A stretch of DNA of 64,000 nt from a virus (IMGVR_UViG_3300015263_000653:1-64000); one strand, 5' to 3'. Positions 20,389-30,472 are shown, numbered from the stretch's first letter. Translations and numbers: made by a program. Notes: generated by a model from the letters alone, not told the origin.

Positions 20389-20572
20389 ACGAAGATATTG
20401 AACAACTCAAAGCCATCCACGAAAAACTCGCCGAAGTCGCCAAAACTCTCGGTTGTGAACTGGAATGGCACTTCCACGAACCATCACAAACCGTGTTTTT
20501 CGTCCCTAAGTTGCCAGCACCGTAACACCCGCTTGGGAACCATCACCACTCAACCCCCTTGGAGAACAAAAC

Positions 20573-20890
20573 ATGATCGTTCACAGCAAAAGTGATGTGT
20601 TCCTCGGCGCAATTGTCACCCTCAACACTGGCGACAAGGCCGAAGTCATTGACGATCACGAAAACCATGAAACCGTGATTGTCAACCTGAACAACGTCCC
20701 GACGCCGGTACTCGTGTCCGAAGCGTTCAACCCCGAAACCGATCCCCTGTGGATCGCCGAAATCAAGCCCGAAGATAACAAGCCGCAAGAGGATGAACCC
20801 CAGCCAACACCCGCTTGTGACCTGTTCGATGAAATCTTCGATGGAATCGACCCCGATACCTTCGATGGTGACATCCTCGACCTGATCTAA
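20573..20890 (+). CDS. hypothetical acidic protein (array cassette)
   Basis: SD; internal repeat at 20805; stop in repeat. Confidence 0.8.
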   Translation: MIVHSKSDVFLGAIVTLNTGDKAEVIDDHENHETVIVNLNNVPTPVLVSEAFNPETDPLWIAEIKPEDNKPQEDEPQPTPACDLFDEIFDGIDPDTFDGDILDLI

Positions 20891-20906
20891 CACCCGCTTG
20901 GAGAGC

Positions 20907-21218
20907 ATGATGACACAGCAACTCGAAATCGACCTCGTTCCCTATGACGTGGAACAACCTGACCCGAATACGATGGTCATGGTGAGCGAATACTACGCCG
21001 ATAAACTCCGCATCAAGTCTCGATTCACTGAGAAGTATGCCGGGTTCTATCACGGTGAGAACTTCGTCACCCTTGACATTGACAACGATGAAAATACGTT
21101 GACATTCACCTGCCGAAATGAACCAATGACGCTGGATATTGTCGCCGACTTTTTCGACCGGAATATCCATGCCATCGACGAAATCGGCTATGAGTGCCTT
21201 TACCCCGAACCAGTGTAA
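20907..21218 (+). CDS. hypothetical protein (array cassette)
   Basis: SD at the repeat end; stop in repeat. Confidence 0.8.
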   Translation: MMTQQLEIDLVPYDVEQPDPNTMVMVSEYYADKLRIKSRFTEKYAGFYHGENFVTLDIDNDENTLTFTCRNEPMTLDIVADFFDRNIHAIDEIGYECLYPEPV

Positions 21219-21321
21219 CACCCGCTTGAAGTGTGTAACAACCTTCAATCGTCGGTGAGAGAGAAACCCTCTCTCACCGACAATCCCCGAACTCTTTCAA
21301 CAATCAAGATCGGAGCAAACA

Positions 21322-21576
21322 ATGTCAAAAGCCGCTGTCATGGAACAATTCGCAAAGCGTATGGGAATCAGCGTTCACCAAGCCCGACGCCTGCAAACCC
21401 TTGTCAACAAGGCCGCTGATGCTCAAGTGGAAGAACATAACACCGGAACCGATTCCGCTGCCGCTTGCAAGGCCGTCGATGAGTACGCCCTGAAACTCAA
21501 TCTGGGAGTGGACTGGCGACCCGGTATCTACCCCCTGTTCATCAACGGAAGCAACCGGGAAAACGTCCCCGACTAA
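21322..21576 (+). CDS. hypothetical protein (array cassette)
   Basis: SD; stop in repeat. Confidence 0.85.
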   Translation: MSKAAVMEQFAKRMGISVHQARRLQTLVNKAADAQVEEHNTGTDSAAACKAVDEYALKLNLGVDWRPGIYPLFINGSNRENVPD

Positions 21577-21626
21577 CACCCGCTTGGAACCTGTTACAAC
21601 ACACAACACAACCGGAGATCGAAACC

Positions 21627-21917
21627 ATGCTGCTACTCTTGACAGTGGACTGGGATACCGATGGGGAATCCCTCGACGATTGCGGACTCCCTAGCAAAGT
21701 CCTCGTTCCAGACTTCCCCGAATCCTGCCACTTGGGCGCAAACCTAATCAAGTTTGAGGCCGAAGAGGCTCTAGGGGATCATCTGTCCGATCAATTCGGT
21801 TTCTGTCACAACGGATGGAGCATCGAAGTCCTCAACGTCCAGAATCACACTGGATACGTCGCCGAAGTTGACAAGCGGATCGGCATTATGTTCTGCCCTG
21901 AGATCGAAGAGGTCTAA
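21627..21917 (+). CDS. hypothetical protein (array cassette)
   Basis: DWDTDGE…LP…LSDQFGFCHNG; flanked by identical 31-bp junctions. Confidence 0.85.
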   Translation: MLLLLTVDWDTDGESLDDCGLPSKVLVPDFPESCHLGANLIKFEAEEALGDHLSDQFGFCHNGWSIEVLNVQNHTGYVAEVDKRIGIMFCPEIEEV

Positions 21918-21966
21918 CACCCGCTTGGAACCTGTTACAACACAACACCTTCACCGGAGATCGACA

Positions 21967-22218
21967 ATGGCTCAAAAGCCGAACCACTTCTGTATGCAAT
22001 GCACTGACAAGACAAGCGGCAAGGTGGGAGATTTCGCCTACCATACGGATAACCCGTTCGTCGCCCTGTCACCCGTGTTCCCCGATTTCGTCCAGTTTCT
22101 CGACTGGCTGAAAGAAAACAACCTGAAATGCGGGCCGCTGGCATCGTTTGAACTACTCCCCATCGAACCGGAAATGCCGATGGACCGTGAGTTCGACGGG
22201 GCGGAATACTTCACCTAA
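21967..22218 (+). CDS. hypothetical protein (array cassette)
   Basis: leader + SD; stop in repeat. Confidence 0.8.
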   Translation: MAQKPNHFCMQCTDKTSGKVGDFAYHTDNPFVALSPVFPDFVQFLDWLKENNLKCGPLASFELLPIEPEMPMDREFDGAEYFT

Positions 22219-22268
22219 CACCCGCTTGGAACCCGTAACAACCCAACACAACTTTTGGAGTCAAACCA

Positions 22269-22541
22269 ATGTCCAGACACATCACCCCGGCAAAGGCCGA
22301 TCAATGGTCCGTCATTGCCAACAAGCTGAGACAAGCCAGCGAATTGCTGGGAGAATGTCACGTTCTGCTGGCCTGTGACCTCGGTATCACTGAGGGCAAG
22401 CCAATGGAAGCCGTTGTCAAGGCCGAAGATGCTGTCAGTGGTCTGGCCTATATGTTCACCCCGCAAAGTGAGTGGACCGGTGGCGACTCCAGCGACCCGA
22501 ACAACTTCAAGTTTCGACCCCCGCATATCGCCTCCAGCTAA
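22269..22541 (+). CDS. hypothetical protein (array cassette)
   Basis: leader + SD; stop in repeat. Confidence 0.8.
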   Translation: MSRHITPAKADQWSVIANKLRQASELLGECHVLLACDLGITEGKPMEAVVKAEDAVSGLAYMFTPQSEWTGGDSSDPNNFKFRPPHIASS

Positions 22542-22586
22542 CACCCGCTTGGAACGTGTAACAAACACAATCAATCGGAGAGCAAG

Positions 22587-23102
22587 ATGAAACACTTTAT
22601 CAATGATGAACAACGGGCAATCGCCTACGCCGCTTTCAAGGAATTGGAACGGATGCTCAAGGCCGATGGCGACATCAAGCCAGATTCAACCTATGACGTA
22701 TCTGGCTCGGAAATCACCATCACCATTCAACCCGGTGTCACCATCAACCGGGAAGCTGGCCTGAAAGGGGATGGCACGATTGAGAAACGGGCGCAACAGA
22801 ATCTCAACGGGTATTCCATACTCGCCGAACTGTATCGCATCGCTTCCACGTTCAATCAACACAAGCGGTTTGAGAGACTGTTAAAGCGTGTCGTCGGTCG
22901 TGCTGTCAGACGTGGCAACACTACGAAAGATGCCTTCGCAGCACTCTGCCCCCGTCGTGCTGAGGAACTGGAAAACTACATCGCTGAAATCGCTAATAGC
23001 CTGCCGAAGCGTACCGAACAAACGCCCCGCAGCGTTATCAGAGACAAAGCGAAACTCTTTCCAACCATCGTCATCAAGTCCAGAAAACGAAAGGCTGCCT
23101 AA
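22587..23102 (+). CDS. hypothetical basic protein (array cassette)
   Basis: SD; ends KRKAA. Confidence 0.85.
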   Translation: MKHFINDEQRAIAYAAFKELERMLKADGDIKPDSTYDVSGSEITITIQPGVTINREAGLKGDGTIEKRAQQNLNGYSILAELYRIASTFNQHKRFERLLKRVVGRAVRRGNTTKDAFAALCPRRAEELENYIAEIANSLPKRTEQTPRSVIRDKAKLFPTIVIKSRKRKAA

Positions 23103-23162
23103 CACCCGCTTGGGGAGTGTGAGGAAAACACTCCTCAAGTTATCAACCAGATCGGAGAAAAC

Positions 23163-23393
23163 ATGAAAGATCCACAATGGAACGCATTGGTATTGCGTCT
23201 CGCTAATAGTGGGACACAAGCCGAACGGGAAAAGTGGGCCGCAAAACAACCCCCGTTGTTGGCCTCTCTCGACCCCGCTGACGCTGAGGATGCCGATGCC
23301 GTCCCCGTGTCCTATCCCATTGACAACTATCGCCACAATCGCACTGGCAAACCCTCAATGGCGACTGGGAACAACCTCAAACCTGTCATTTAA
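23163..23393 (+). CDS. hypothetical protein (array cassette)
   Basis: SD; stop in repeat. Confidence 0.75.
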   Translation: MKDPQWNALVLRLANSGTQAEREKWAAKQPPLLASLDPADAEDADAVPVSYPIDNYRHNRTGKPSMATGNNLKPVI

Positions 23394-23678
23394 CACCCGC
23401 TTATGGTTCATCAGGGTAAAGCCAATCCTGACAACAGTGAGCAAGTGAGGCGCAGGGGGAACGTAGGGAAAATGGGATGTTTTGGCCTAGTCCCAGTCCT
23501 TTGTGGTGTCCCCGTGGCGTCGGAGCGGCTGGGGAGCGGTGTCCAGTACAATTTTTGGACTGGTCGCCGGGATGTTTAAGATAGTTTAAGAAGCTGGCCG
23601 ATACTTATGTTATCTTAAACAACGGTGCAACACCCGCTTGTAATCTGTAAGAACGAACCTTAACTGGAGGAAAGAGCA

Positions 23679-23879
23679 ATGGCTAAGCGTAGGCGAAAGC
23701 CTCAACCCGTAGTGATGCCGAAAGCCGAGTCAAATCGGTTTACGATCACCATTGATCCGTTGAAAGTGGCGATGGGCCATCAGCCACATATCACGGGGAC
23801 CGGCGTGCATGACAACCGCCCAAAGCGGAGGCGCACAAGGTCCGCCCAAACACTCGCTTGGAAAGGCGAGTGGAACTAA
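23679..23879 (+). CDS. small basic protein (array cassette)
   Basis: GGAGG SD; GTGVHDNRPKRRRTR motif; stop in repeat. Confidence 0.8.
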   Translation: MAKRRRKPQPVVMPKAESNRFTITIDPLKVAMGHQPHITGTGVHDNRPKRRRTRSAQTLAWKGEWN

Positions 23880-23964
23880 CACCCGCTTGTAACCTACTCA
23901 GTAACTCGAAGAGTTACTGAGTAGGAAACTGGGAACCAACAAACACCCGCTTGGAGAACGACGA

Positions 23965-24216
23965 ATGACACTGAAAGAGTTTCTGAAACTGGAACGAGAA
24001 CACCGGACGGCTGGCAAGTGGTGGATGGGAACCTATGACGTTATCAACGATCATGGTGTCACCGTCAAAGTCGCCATCAAGAGCTACGGCTTTTACAACC
24101 AGATTCTCCGTCTCAACGATGATCCGGTCAATTATTGCTCTGGACACACTTGCGAGAAAGTGGGACTGATGCAAAAGCACCTGACCGAGACCATCAACCG
24201 CATCACCGCCGCCTAA
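23965..24216 (+). CDS. hypothetical protein (array cassette)
   Basis: SD; ends RITAA. Confidence 0.85.
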   Translation: MTLKEFLKLEREHRTAGKWWMGTYDVINDHGVTVKVAIKSYGFYNQILRLNDDPVNYCSGHTCEKVGLMQKHLTETINRITAA

Positions 24217-24326
24217 CACCCGCTTGTCAACCATCTGAGTAACTCTTCGAGTTACTCAGATGGGAAGCGGGACTGAGAGAACACCCGCTTGGAAGTCAAC
24301 ACAACACAACTTTTGGAGACAAGCCA

Positions 24327-24689
24327 ATGCCGCTGACACTGAAAGAGCGATTGTCAATGCTTTACACCAAAGGCTATCGCTTCTGCATCCAGTTCGCTGA
24401 GACCAGCAACATCGAACCGCTGGCCGTCAAGACTCTCTCGGAGATTGGTCCGCTGATGCGGAACCACTACGCCAATGAGAAGAACTGGCGAGGCTGGGAG
24501 TTCGATGCCGATGGAGTCGAAGTCCCGAAGAACACCCGCTGGAAGAAACATGGGACAGCCGGTGGACACGTCATCTGGACCGATGGCGAAGTTTACCAAG
24601 CCACAACCGGACCAGTGCCGGGGGATGGCGACGGTGGCTATCCCGTACTGGAATCCCTGCTCAACCTCAAGGGATTGAAACTCGACTGA
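24327..24689 (+). CDS. hypothetical protein with an internal repeat-like copy
   Basis: leader + SD; NTRW at 24531. Confidence 0.8.
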   Translation: MPLTLKERLSMLYTKGYRFCIQFAETSNIEPLAVKTLSEIGPLMRNHYANEKNWRGWEFDADGVEVPKNTRWKKHGTAGGHVIWTDGEVYQATTGPVPGDGDGGYPVLESLLNLKGLKLD

Positions 24690-24768
24690 CACCCGCTTGG
24701 ACACCACCTGAGTAACTCAGAGAGTTACTCAGGTGGGCAATCCACCTAACACCCACTTGGAGAGAACA

Positions 24769-25035
24769 ATGAGTCAACGGCGACAAGTGCGGCTCGAATG
24801 TCGCACAGTTGTTCTGGATGAGCATACGCTGGGCGTGGCCTATCCGAACGGACTACAGATTTTGCGTGCGTCGATCCTGCGTGGTTCGCCGCATCCGGGG
24901 ATGGGCCTGATCGCTTTCGATCCTCTGCTTAACACCCGCTGGAGAAGTGCAACAGAACAAGACTTCAACGAGTTCGGAGTCATGTTCAATGCGGATTACC
25001 TGACGCCGACCGAAGTGCCGACGTTTCTCAACTGA
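24769..25035 (+). CDS. hypothetical protein with an internal repeat-like copy
   Basis: SD; NTRW at 24931. Confidence 0.8.
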   Translation: MSQRRQVRLECRTVVLDEHTLGVAYPNGLQILRASILRGSPHPGMGLIAFDPLLNTRWRSATEQDFNEFGVMFNADYLTPTEVPTFLN

Positions 25036-25082
25036 CACCCGCTTGGAGAGACGGATTTCAGATTGTCCGCCATGTTCACCGG

Positions 25083-25343
25083 ATGTGGTTTGAAGTGATT
25101 GATCCTCACGGCTGCGAAGCGGTTGTGGTGAAGCAAAACGATCACGCTTACCACTGGTTCGATAAGAAGCACCGTGCCACTGCCAGCAACAGCAGTGCGG
25201 CTCGGTGTCACTTGGGCGGGCTGGGAGACGCCATCGGTACGGATGGGGAAATGTGGGGTTACAAAAACCTCGTGAAGAACGCCCCGGAAGAACTGTCCCG
25301 CAACTACGAAGGACTGTACGTCGCAATTCAGCAGGTGATGTAA
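25083..25343 (+). CDS. hypothetical protein (array cassette)
   Basis: stop in repeat; start uncertain. Confidence 0.65.
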   Translation: MWFEVIDPHGCEAVVVKQNDHAYHWFDKKHRATASNSSAARCHLGGLGDAIGTDGEMWGYKNLVKNAPEELSRNYEGLYVAIQQVM

Positions 25344-25394
25344 CACCCGCTTGGAAAGCGTAACAACCCAACACAACTTTTGGAGTGCTGAACC

Positions 25395-25658
25395 GTGGAG
25401 AATCTTCAAGACTACAACGGACACCCGCTTGCAGTGGGTGACACGATCCAAAGCATCGAGAATGGTTGGCGTGGTGTCATCCAAGCCATCGGCGAAGACG
25501 AAGGCCGAAACACCATGCTGGAATGTCTCGGTGTCAACTTCTGGGATGGATCGCTGGACGAAGACGACCGGCAATGGTACTCGGCCTATGACGTGGTTTT
25601 CCAGCCCCGTCAGGAGCACCAGCCCGGCGACCCGATCAACGCCATCAACATGATGTAA
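25395..25658 (+). CDS. hypothetical protein (array cassette)
   Basis: leader + SD, GTG start; stop in repeat. Confidence 0.8.
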   Translation: MENLQDYNGHPLAVGDTIQSIENGWRGVIQAIGEDEGRNTMLECLGVNFWDGSLDEDDRQWYSAYDVVFQPRQEHQPGDPINAINMM

Positions 25659-25667
25659 CACCCGCTT

Positions 25668-25748
25668 GGGGCAGTGTGAGAAGTGAGTCCTGTGTCCGAA
25701 AGGGCAACGTAACTGCGAATTAACGCACGCCGTTCTCACACTGCCCCT
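25668..25748 (+). other. non-coding hairpin cassette
   Basis: GGGGCAGTGTGAGAA…TTCTCACACTGCCCC 15-bp stem, then TTTT and the next repeat. Confidence 0.75.
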
Positions 25749-25881
25749 TTTTAACACCCGCTTGTGGTGTATGAGGGAAAGGCAAAAGGCACTCTGAGAA
25801 CCCTACGGGGGGAATGAGAGAATCCCACGCCAGAGCCGTTGTGTCTGGGACACAGCCCCTCTAACACCCACTTGGAGGACA

Positions 25882-26040
25882 ATGATGGAAGACGGGACAA
25901 GAGTGTATGTGCCAAGCGTTGGCAAGAGCGGAACGATGAAGTTCTCAGTGCCCGGCAATGGCACGTTCCGCTGGTATATCGTCGAGTTCGACGACGGCAC
26001 TGAGGATCGTTTTGTCCTTGAGGATTTGCAGCGGGAGTAA
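25882..26040 (+). CDS. small hypothetical protein (52 aa, below the ORF-track cutoff)
   Basis: GGAGG SD; MMEDGTRVYVPSVG…DLQRE; stop in repeat. Confidence 0.75.
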   Translation: MMEDGTRVYVPSVGKSGTMKFSVPGNGTFRWYIVEFDDGTEDRFVLEDLQRE

Positions 26041-26088
26041 CACCCGCTTGAGTCCTGTACAACACACAACACCTTTTGGAGATCGCTG

Positions 26089-26403
26089 ATGTTGACAGAC
26101 GAACAAAAGAAAGAGCGTCGGTTTCTCAGTCACAACATTGAACTGGGACAACGGGGCCGCAAGCGGATGCCGTTCAGCGAAGTCTGTATGCACATGCGGA
26201 TCGCTGGCAAGTACATGGATTTCGAGTTGCTCAACAAGGAGTATCCCGGAGTCCAGTTGTACGAAGACGGTCGCCCGTTCTCTGGCTCGATCACGACCGG
26301 CGAAGCTGGCATCTTCCATGACTCGGAGCGGGGATATTACTACTACCCCCACGAGTACAACGCCGAGAACATGGACGACGCCGCCGACAACCCGCCCAGT
26401 TGA
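26089..26403 (+). CDS. hypothetical protein (array cassette)
   Basis: leader + SD; stop in repeat. Confidence 0.85.
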   Translation: MLTDEQKKERRFLSHNIELGQRGRKRMPFSEVCMHMRIAGKYMDFELLNKEYPGVQLYEDGRPFSGSITTGEAGIFHDSERGYYYYPHEYNAENMDDAADNPPS

Positions 26404-26482
26404 CACCCGCTTGAACCTCACCTCAGTAACTCAAAGAGTTACTGAGGTGGACAACCCCGAACCCATTTGGAGGAACACCCAC

Positions 26483-26686
26483 TTGAAAGACAGAACAACC
26501 CTTGGCCTGATGGCAGCACTGCTGAGCATGGGCGGCATCATCCCGATGCCATCGTCGGAACCTCGTCGCCGTGTGTATCGGTCGCCAGAGGAACGGCGAG
26601 ACCTGAACGCCGTCAAGGCGGAAAAGAAGCGAAAGCGGAAGATTTCGCAGAAGTCCCGCAAGGCCAATCGACGCAAGGCGGCATAA
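26483..26686 (+). CDS. small basic protein with hydrophobic N-terminus
   Basis: GGAGG SD, then a TTG start supplied by the repeat variant; ends RRKAA. Confidence 0.65.
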   Translation: MKDRTTLGLMAALLSMGGIIPMPSSEPRRRVYRSPEERRDLNAVKAEKKRKRKISQKSRKANRRKAA

Positions 26687-26736
26687 CACCCGCTTGAACA
26701 ACGTACAACACACAACACTTTCTGAGGAGATCGCTG

Positions 26737-27129
26737 ATGAGTTTCAAGTTTCGCCACGTTACCGTCAAGCTCGGCAACATGCGGAAAGAGGCCGAGTTCG
26801 TGGTCTGTCCGGTGAGCAATACCGCTCCCCATGAGATCACGATTCAGAGTGACAAGCGGATTGCCCGTGTCAATCTGGAGACGAAAAAGGTCATCGTGAG
26901 CGATGGCAAGGGCGGGCATCCGGGCTTCCACAAGCTGCAAGCGTTCTGTGGAGCGAAGGAATACGACGCCCCGCAAGACCTGCTCGACCAGTTGTCCGCA
27001 CTGGAAGAGGATCACGGCCCGATGGAGTCTGGCCCGGTGGTTGTCATGGATGAGAACGGCCCGGCCCCCAGCGTCCACGCTCGGCGTGAGACTGTCCCCA
27101 GCGGCCCGGTTTCCATCTTCGACCTGTAA
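26737..27129 (+). CDS. hypothetical protein (array cassette)
   Basis: leader + SD; stop in repeat. Confidence 0.85.
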   Translation: MSFKFRHVTVKLGNMRKEAEFVVCPVSNTAPHEITIQSDKRIARVNLETKKVIVSDGKGGHPGFHKLQAFCGAKEYDAPQDLLDQLSALEEDHGPMESGPVVVMDENGPAPSVHARRETVPSGPVSIFDL

Positions 27130-27197
27130 CACCCGCTTGGAGACTGTGAGACAGGAGTGGCCTGTCTCACAGTCAATCCAACTTTTGGAGTGGACCA

Positions 27198-27521
27198 ATG
27201 GCGAAAGACAAGCCAAAGATTGAGATCAAGTATGCTGACCGTGTTGTCGGCAGCTACACCCTGTACCGCTCAATGCCAAAGGGCGCACGAGTCACCCAAT
27301 GGGGAACATTCTTCCCCGGTCAAGGCGAGGATGGTTATGGTCGCAAGATCACAACCGACATCATCTTGATTTTCAATGGCGAGAGCAAGCGGAAATACCG
27401 GGTCTATGCGACCTGCTTTTCCAACTGTGCAAGCCACTGGATCACCTATCAGGGGCAGACGTTGCACCTTGGCACTCACTTTCAGGATGAGATCAAGCCG
27501 GAAAGTGAGATCCCGAAGTAA
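27198..27521 (+). CDS. hypothetical protein (array cassette)
   Basis: SD; GYGRKITT…RVYATCFSN motif; stop in repeat. Confidence 0.85.
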   Translation: MAKDKPKIEIKYADRVVGSYTLYRSMPKGARVTQWGTFFPGQGEDGYGRKITTDIILIFNGESKRKYRVYATCFSNCASHWITYQGQTLHLGTHFQDEIKPESEIPK

Positions 27522-27573
27522 CACCCGCTTGGAAGGTGTCAGCAATGGGGCTGACACCTTTCTGGAGAACACA

Positions 27574-27906
27574 ATGCACCAACTCGTTATCGCCCATCAC
27601 CCGCAGGACGTTGACCCTTCCGCCCCGATGGCGGACTCGCCGTTCTGGGCGTGGCTGGAAGAACACCCGCTTTCAGTCTGTCACGTTGCACTGCTCAAGT
27701 ATCTCGGAGCGGAGAATTATCCACGAGAGATGCGGCGTGGAATGCTCAACGAAACTGAGCACATGTGCTACAAGCACATCCATGCTCACTTTTGGTGGAC
27801 TCGGTTGCGGCAGCCGAAACCGGTGGTTGAGAAGACCCCGGAGCCGATCACGCCCCCGGAGTTGATTTCAGTCATCAGCTTCGATGGCATCAAGCGGCTG
27901 GTCTGA
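27574..27906 (+). CDS. hypothetical protein (array cassette)
   Basis: SD; stop in repeat. Confidence 0.8.
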   Translation: MHQLVIAHHPQDVDPSAPMADSPFWAWLEEHPLSVCHVALLKYLGAENYPREMRRGMLNETEHMCYKHIHAHFWWTRLRQPKPVVEKTPEPITPPELISVISFDGIKRLV

Positions 27907-27957
27907 CACCCGCTTGGAGAGTGTACAACACACAACACACTTTTGGAGATCGCCATC

Positions 27958-28290
27958 ATGGCACGTTGCGAAGACTTCCCCTGCTGTGGGCATGAACCCG
28001 GATGCTGCCCGGACTACGATGAGTCGGGCCGTCAGTTGAACATGGTTTGCGTCTGTGGGGCAAAGCTGCCCATCGACAGCCGCTACTCGATCTGTGCGAG
28101 TTGTATGCGAGACCCGGACGACCCCGATTTCGACCGGGATTTCGATGACGACTTCGAGGATGACGAAGAGGATTTCGACGAAGAGGACGACTACGAGCGT
28201 CGTCAGGACGAGATTCTGGAGCGTCAGGAACTCGAAGACTTCGAGCAGGCCGACGAATACTTCGGTGGCTACGGCGGGGAGGACTGGTAG
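27958..28290 (+). CDS. Cys-rich N-terminal, highly acidic protein
   Basis: CEDFPCCGH…CC…C.C…C..C followed by a D/E tract. Confidence 0.8.
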   Translation: MARCEDFPCCGHEPGCCPDYDESGRQLNMVCVCGAKLPIDSRYSICASCMRDPDDPDFDRDFDDDFEDDEEDFDEEDDYERRQDEILERQELEDFEQADEYFGGYGGEDW

Positions 28291-28495
28291 GACACCCGCT
28301 TGGAATACACTGGGGGAGACCGGGTAAAACGCCTCGGTCCCCAACTATCAAACCTAAAGCGACCCGACAGGCCGCACCCGGTTCTCCCCCTTTGATTTAC
28401 CTTTTTCGTCACTGGGCGACGGCGAATGTCCAGAACACAACGCCAGTAACACCCGCTTGGACAGCGGTAACACAACACAACTTTTGGAGTCAGCC

Positions 28496-28675
28496 ATGAC
28501 ACCGGCTCAACGTCAGCAGCGGCAAAACATTCGCAATGCGTATCTTGTGGCATCCATCGAAGAGATGGAAGCTGGCAAGGCTCAACAGAACGATTTCGGC
28601 AAGAGCGTCCTGCAAGAGATGATCGACGAGTGCAAACAGCACGGCGTTGACAACTATGGGAAGACTCCCCTCTAA
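28496..28675 (+). CDS. hypothetical protein (array cassette)
   Basis: leader + SD; stop in repeat. Confidence 0.8.
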   Translation: MTPAQRQQRQNIRNAYLVASIEEMEAGKAQQNDFGKSVLQEMIDECKQHGVDNYGKTPL

Positions 28676-28724
28676 CACCCGCTTGGGGAGTGTACAACAC
28701 ACAACACCTTTTTCGGAGATCGTG

Positions 28725-29228
28725 ATGAAAACCGTCACACGTCAAAGCCAGTGGGGGACTGGCAACATGGTTGTCGAGATCAGCGATGGTGGGATTGACT
28801 ACTGCAACCCCGATGCACTGTCCGCAAAGTATCGGGGCGAGTTCGAGGAATTTGCCGATCCTCGTGAGGCAGTGGAAACCGCTATCACCATCGCTCAACA
28901 GTGGCAGGCGGATGCTCCCGATAAGACCATCCTGATTGACCACGGTGGCACCGGTGGAATGACCATGCCATTCGATGGGATGGAACTGGGAGAGGAAACC
29001 TACACCGCTCTGAGGGAGTGGGCAAACAGCCAGTATGAGGAACTGGAGAAATGTTGCCGCTGTGGCGACATCCTCGGCAAAGAGCGATGGACACACCCGG
29101 AACTCTGCGAAGAGGAAAAGTTCTGCTCTGAGAACTGCTGTGACAACGCCTACTGGGACATGATGAAAGAACTCGAAGAGGAGGAGGAGGAGGAGGACGA
29201 GGATGAAGAAGTAGAGGACGACGAGTAA
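28725..29228 (+). CDS. hypothetical protein with zinc-finger-like C..C…FCSENC and acidic tail
   Basis: leader + SD; stop in repeat. Confidence 0.85.
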   Translation: MKTVTRQSQWGTGNMVVEISDGGIDYCNPDALSAKYRGEFEEFADPREAVETAITIAQQWQADAPDKTILIDHGGTGGMTMPFDGMELGEETYTALREWANSQYEELEKCCRCGDILGKERWTHPELCEEEKFCSENCCDNAYWDMMKELEEEEEEEDEDEEVEDDE

Positions 29229-29296
29229 CACCCGCTTGGAAGGTGTCAGGCAGGAGAATGGGCCTGCCTGACACTTTTCACAACTCGGAGAACACC

Positions 29297-29503
29297 ATGC
29301 CAAAGGCGCAATCGCAGTACAAGCCTATCGGCCAGTATCGGTTTCCCGCAATGGGCGGGCCGACTGTGACCTATGGGCAGAAACCCTACTACGGCAGGCG
29401 GATGCAGTATTTGCCAGCCGTGAGAACGACAATGCTTCAAGTCCAAGTGATGGTTCTCGGCTCGTTGATGTGGATCAACGTGAGGCCCGAGGATCTGAAG
29501 TAA
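29297..29503 (+). CDS. hypothetical protein (array cassette)
   Basis: SD; stop in repeat. Confidence 0.75.
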   Translation: MPKAQSQYKPIGQYRFPAMGGPTVTYGQKPYYGRRMQYLPAVRTTMLQVQVMVLGSLMWINVRPEDLK

Positions 29504-29553
29504 CACCCGCTTGGGTGATGTAACATCAGCAACCCCCGTAAGGGAGAAGAACA

Positions 29554-29703
29554 GTGCATTTCGACAAACGCAAGGCCAAACGTGCCGACAAACGACGCCG
29601 AGACAAGGAGATCGAGCGTTGCAAGAGGGAGCACGGGAATCGGGGTGAAAAGAACACTCGGAAGCGTCCCCGATTCGACGAGTTTGACAGGGAAGCGGCG
29701 TAA
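29554..29703 (+). CDS. small basic peptide (49 aa, below the ORF-track cutoff)
   Basis: GGGAG SD, GTG start, MHFDKRKAKR…DREAA; stop in repeat. Confidence 0.65.
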   Translation: MHFDKRKAKRADKRRRDKEIERCKREHGNRGEKNTRKRPRFDEFDREAA

Positions 29704-29752
29704 CACCCGCTTGGGGACTGTCAATCAACAATCCAACTTTTGGAATGAAGCC

Positions 29753-29938
29753 ATGAAGGTCGCCACGCATCGTTACCCCCGGACTGCTCAGGAGTCTCGG
29801 GAAGTCATCACCGACGTTGATTTCAGCGTCAAGGCCCGCAAGCGGAAGTTGCCCAACTGCTGGGACGACAAGCCACGGGGAGACCACGATCACCGCTCGT
29901 GGAAGCGTCATCGCCGCAACCAGTGGAAGGCAGCCTAA
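29753..29938 (+). CDS. small basic protein
   Basis: RYPRT…LPNCWDD…RSWKRHRRNQWK; ends WKAA. Confidence 0.8.
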   Translation: MKVATHRYPRTAQESREVITDVDFSVKARKRKLPNCWDDKPRGDHDHRSWKRHRRNQWKAA

Positions 29939-29988
29939 CACCCGCTTGTAGGCTGTACAACACACAACACCTTTTCAGGAGTCGAGCG

Positions 29989-30360
29989 ATGAACTTCGCC
30001 GTCAACACCAAAGACAGCATCTTGGCAACCTTGCGGGATGCGATTGATTTGCAGGATTACATGGTCAAGGCCGACCACATTCTGGATGCCCTGATGACGA
30101 CGGCAGGCGTCTGGACTGAGTGTGGCTATGCCTACAAGGCGACTGAGATCGCCAATATCATCGGCCAGCGGTTCACCGATGAGATCGGCAATTGCCATCA
30201 CCACAAGACCCACGCCAAGATCGACACCATGCGGATCAAGGCGTACACCGTCGCCCGGTTCTTCTGTGAACAGCAGTACGAGTATCGGGAAGCCCAGCAA
30301 GCGGAGATCGACGCCATGTTGGGCATCGAACACAAGACCGATATGGAGCTTGCGAGCTAA
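29989..30360 (+). CDS. hypothetical protein (array cassette)
   Basis: leader + SD; stop in repeat. Confidence 0.85.
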   Translation: MNFAVNTKDSILATLRDAIDLQDYMVKADHILDALMTTAGVWTECGYAYKATEIANIIGQRFTDEIGNCHHHKTHAKIDTMRIKAYTVARFFCEQQYEYREAQQAEIDAMLGIEHKTDMELAS

Positions 30361-30472
30361 CACCCGCTTGGAAGGTGTTGAGAGGGTGCTGTCTGGAGGC
30401 GACAGCCAAGTGTCACCCAGTCTCAGGTGAAACAGCCCGATCAACACCCGCTTGTAAAGTGTCACCGGTGGC

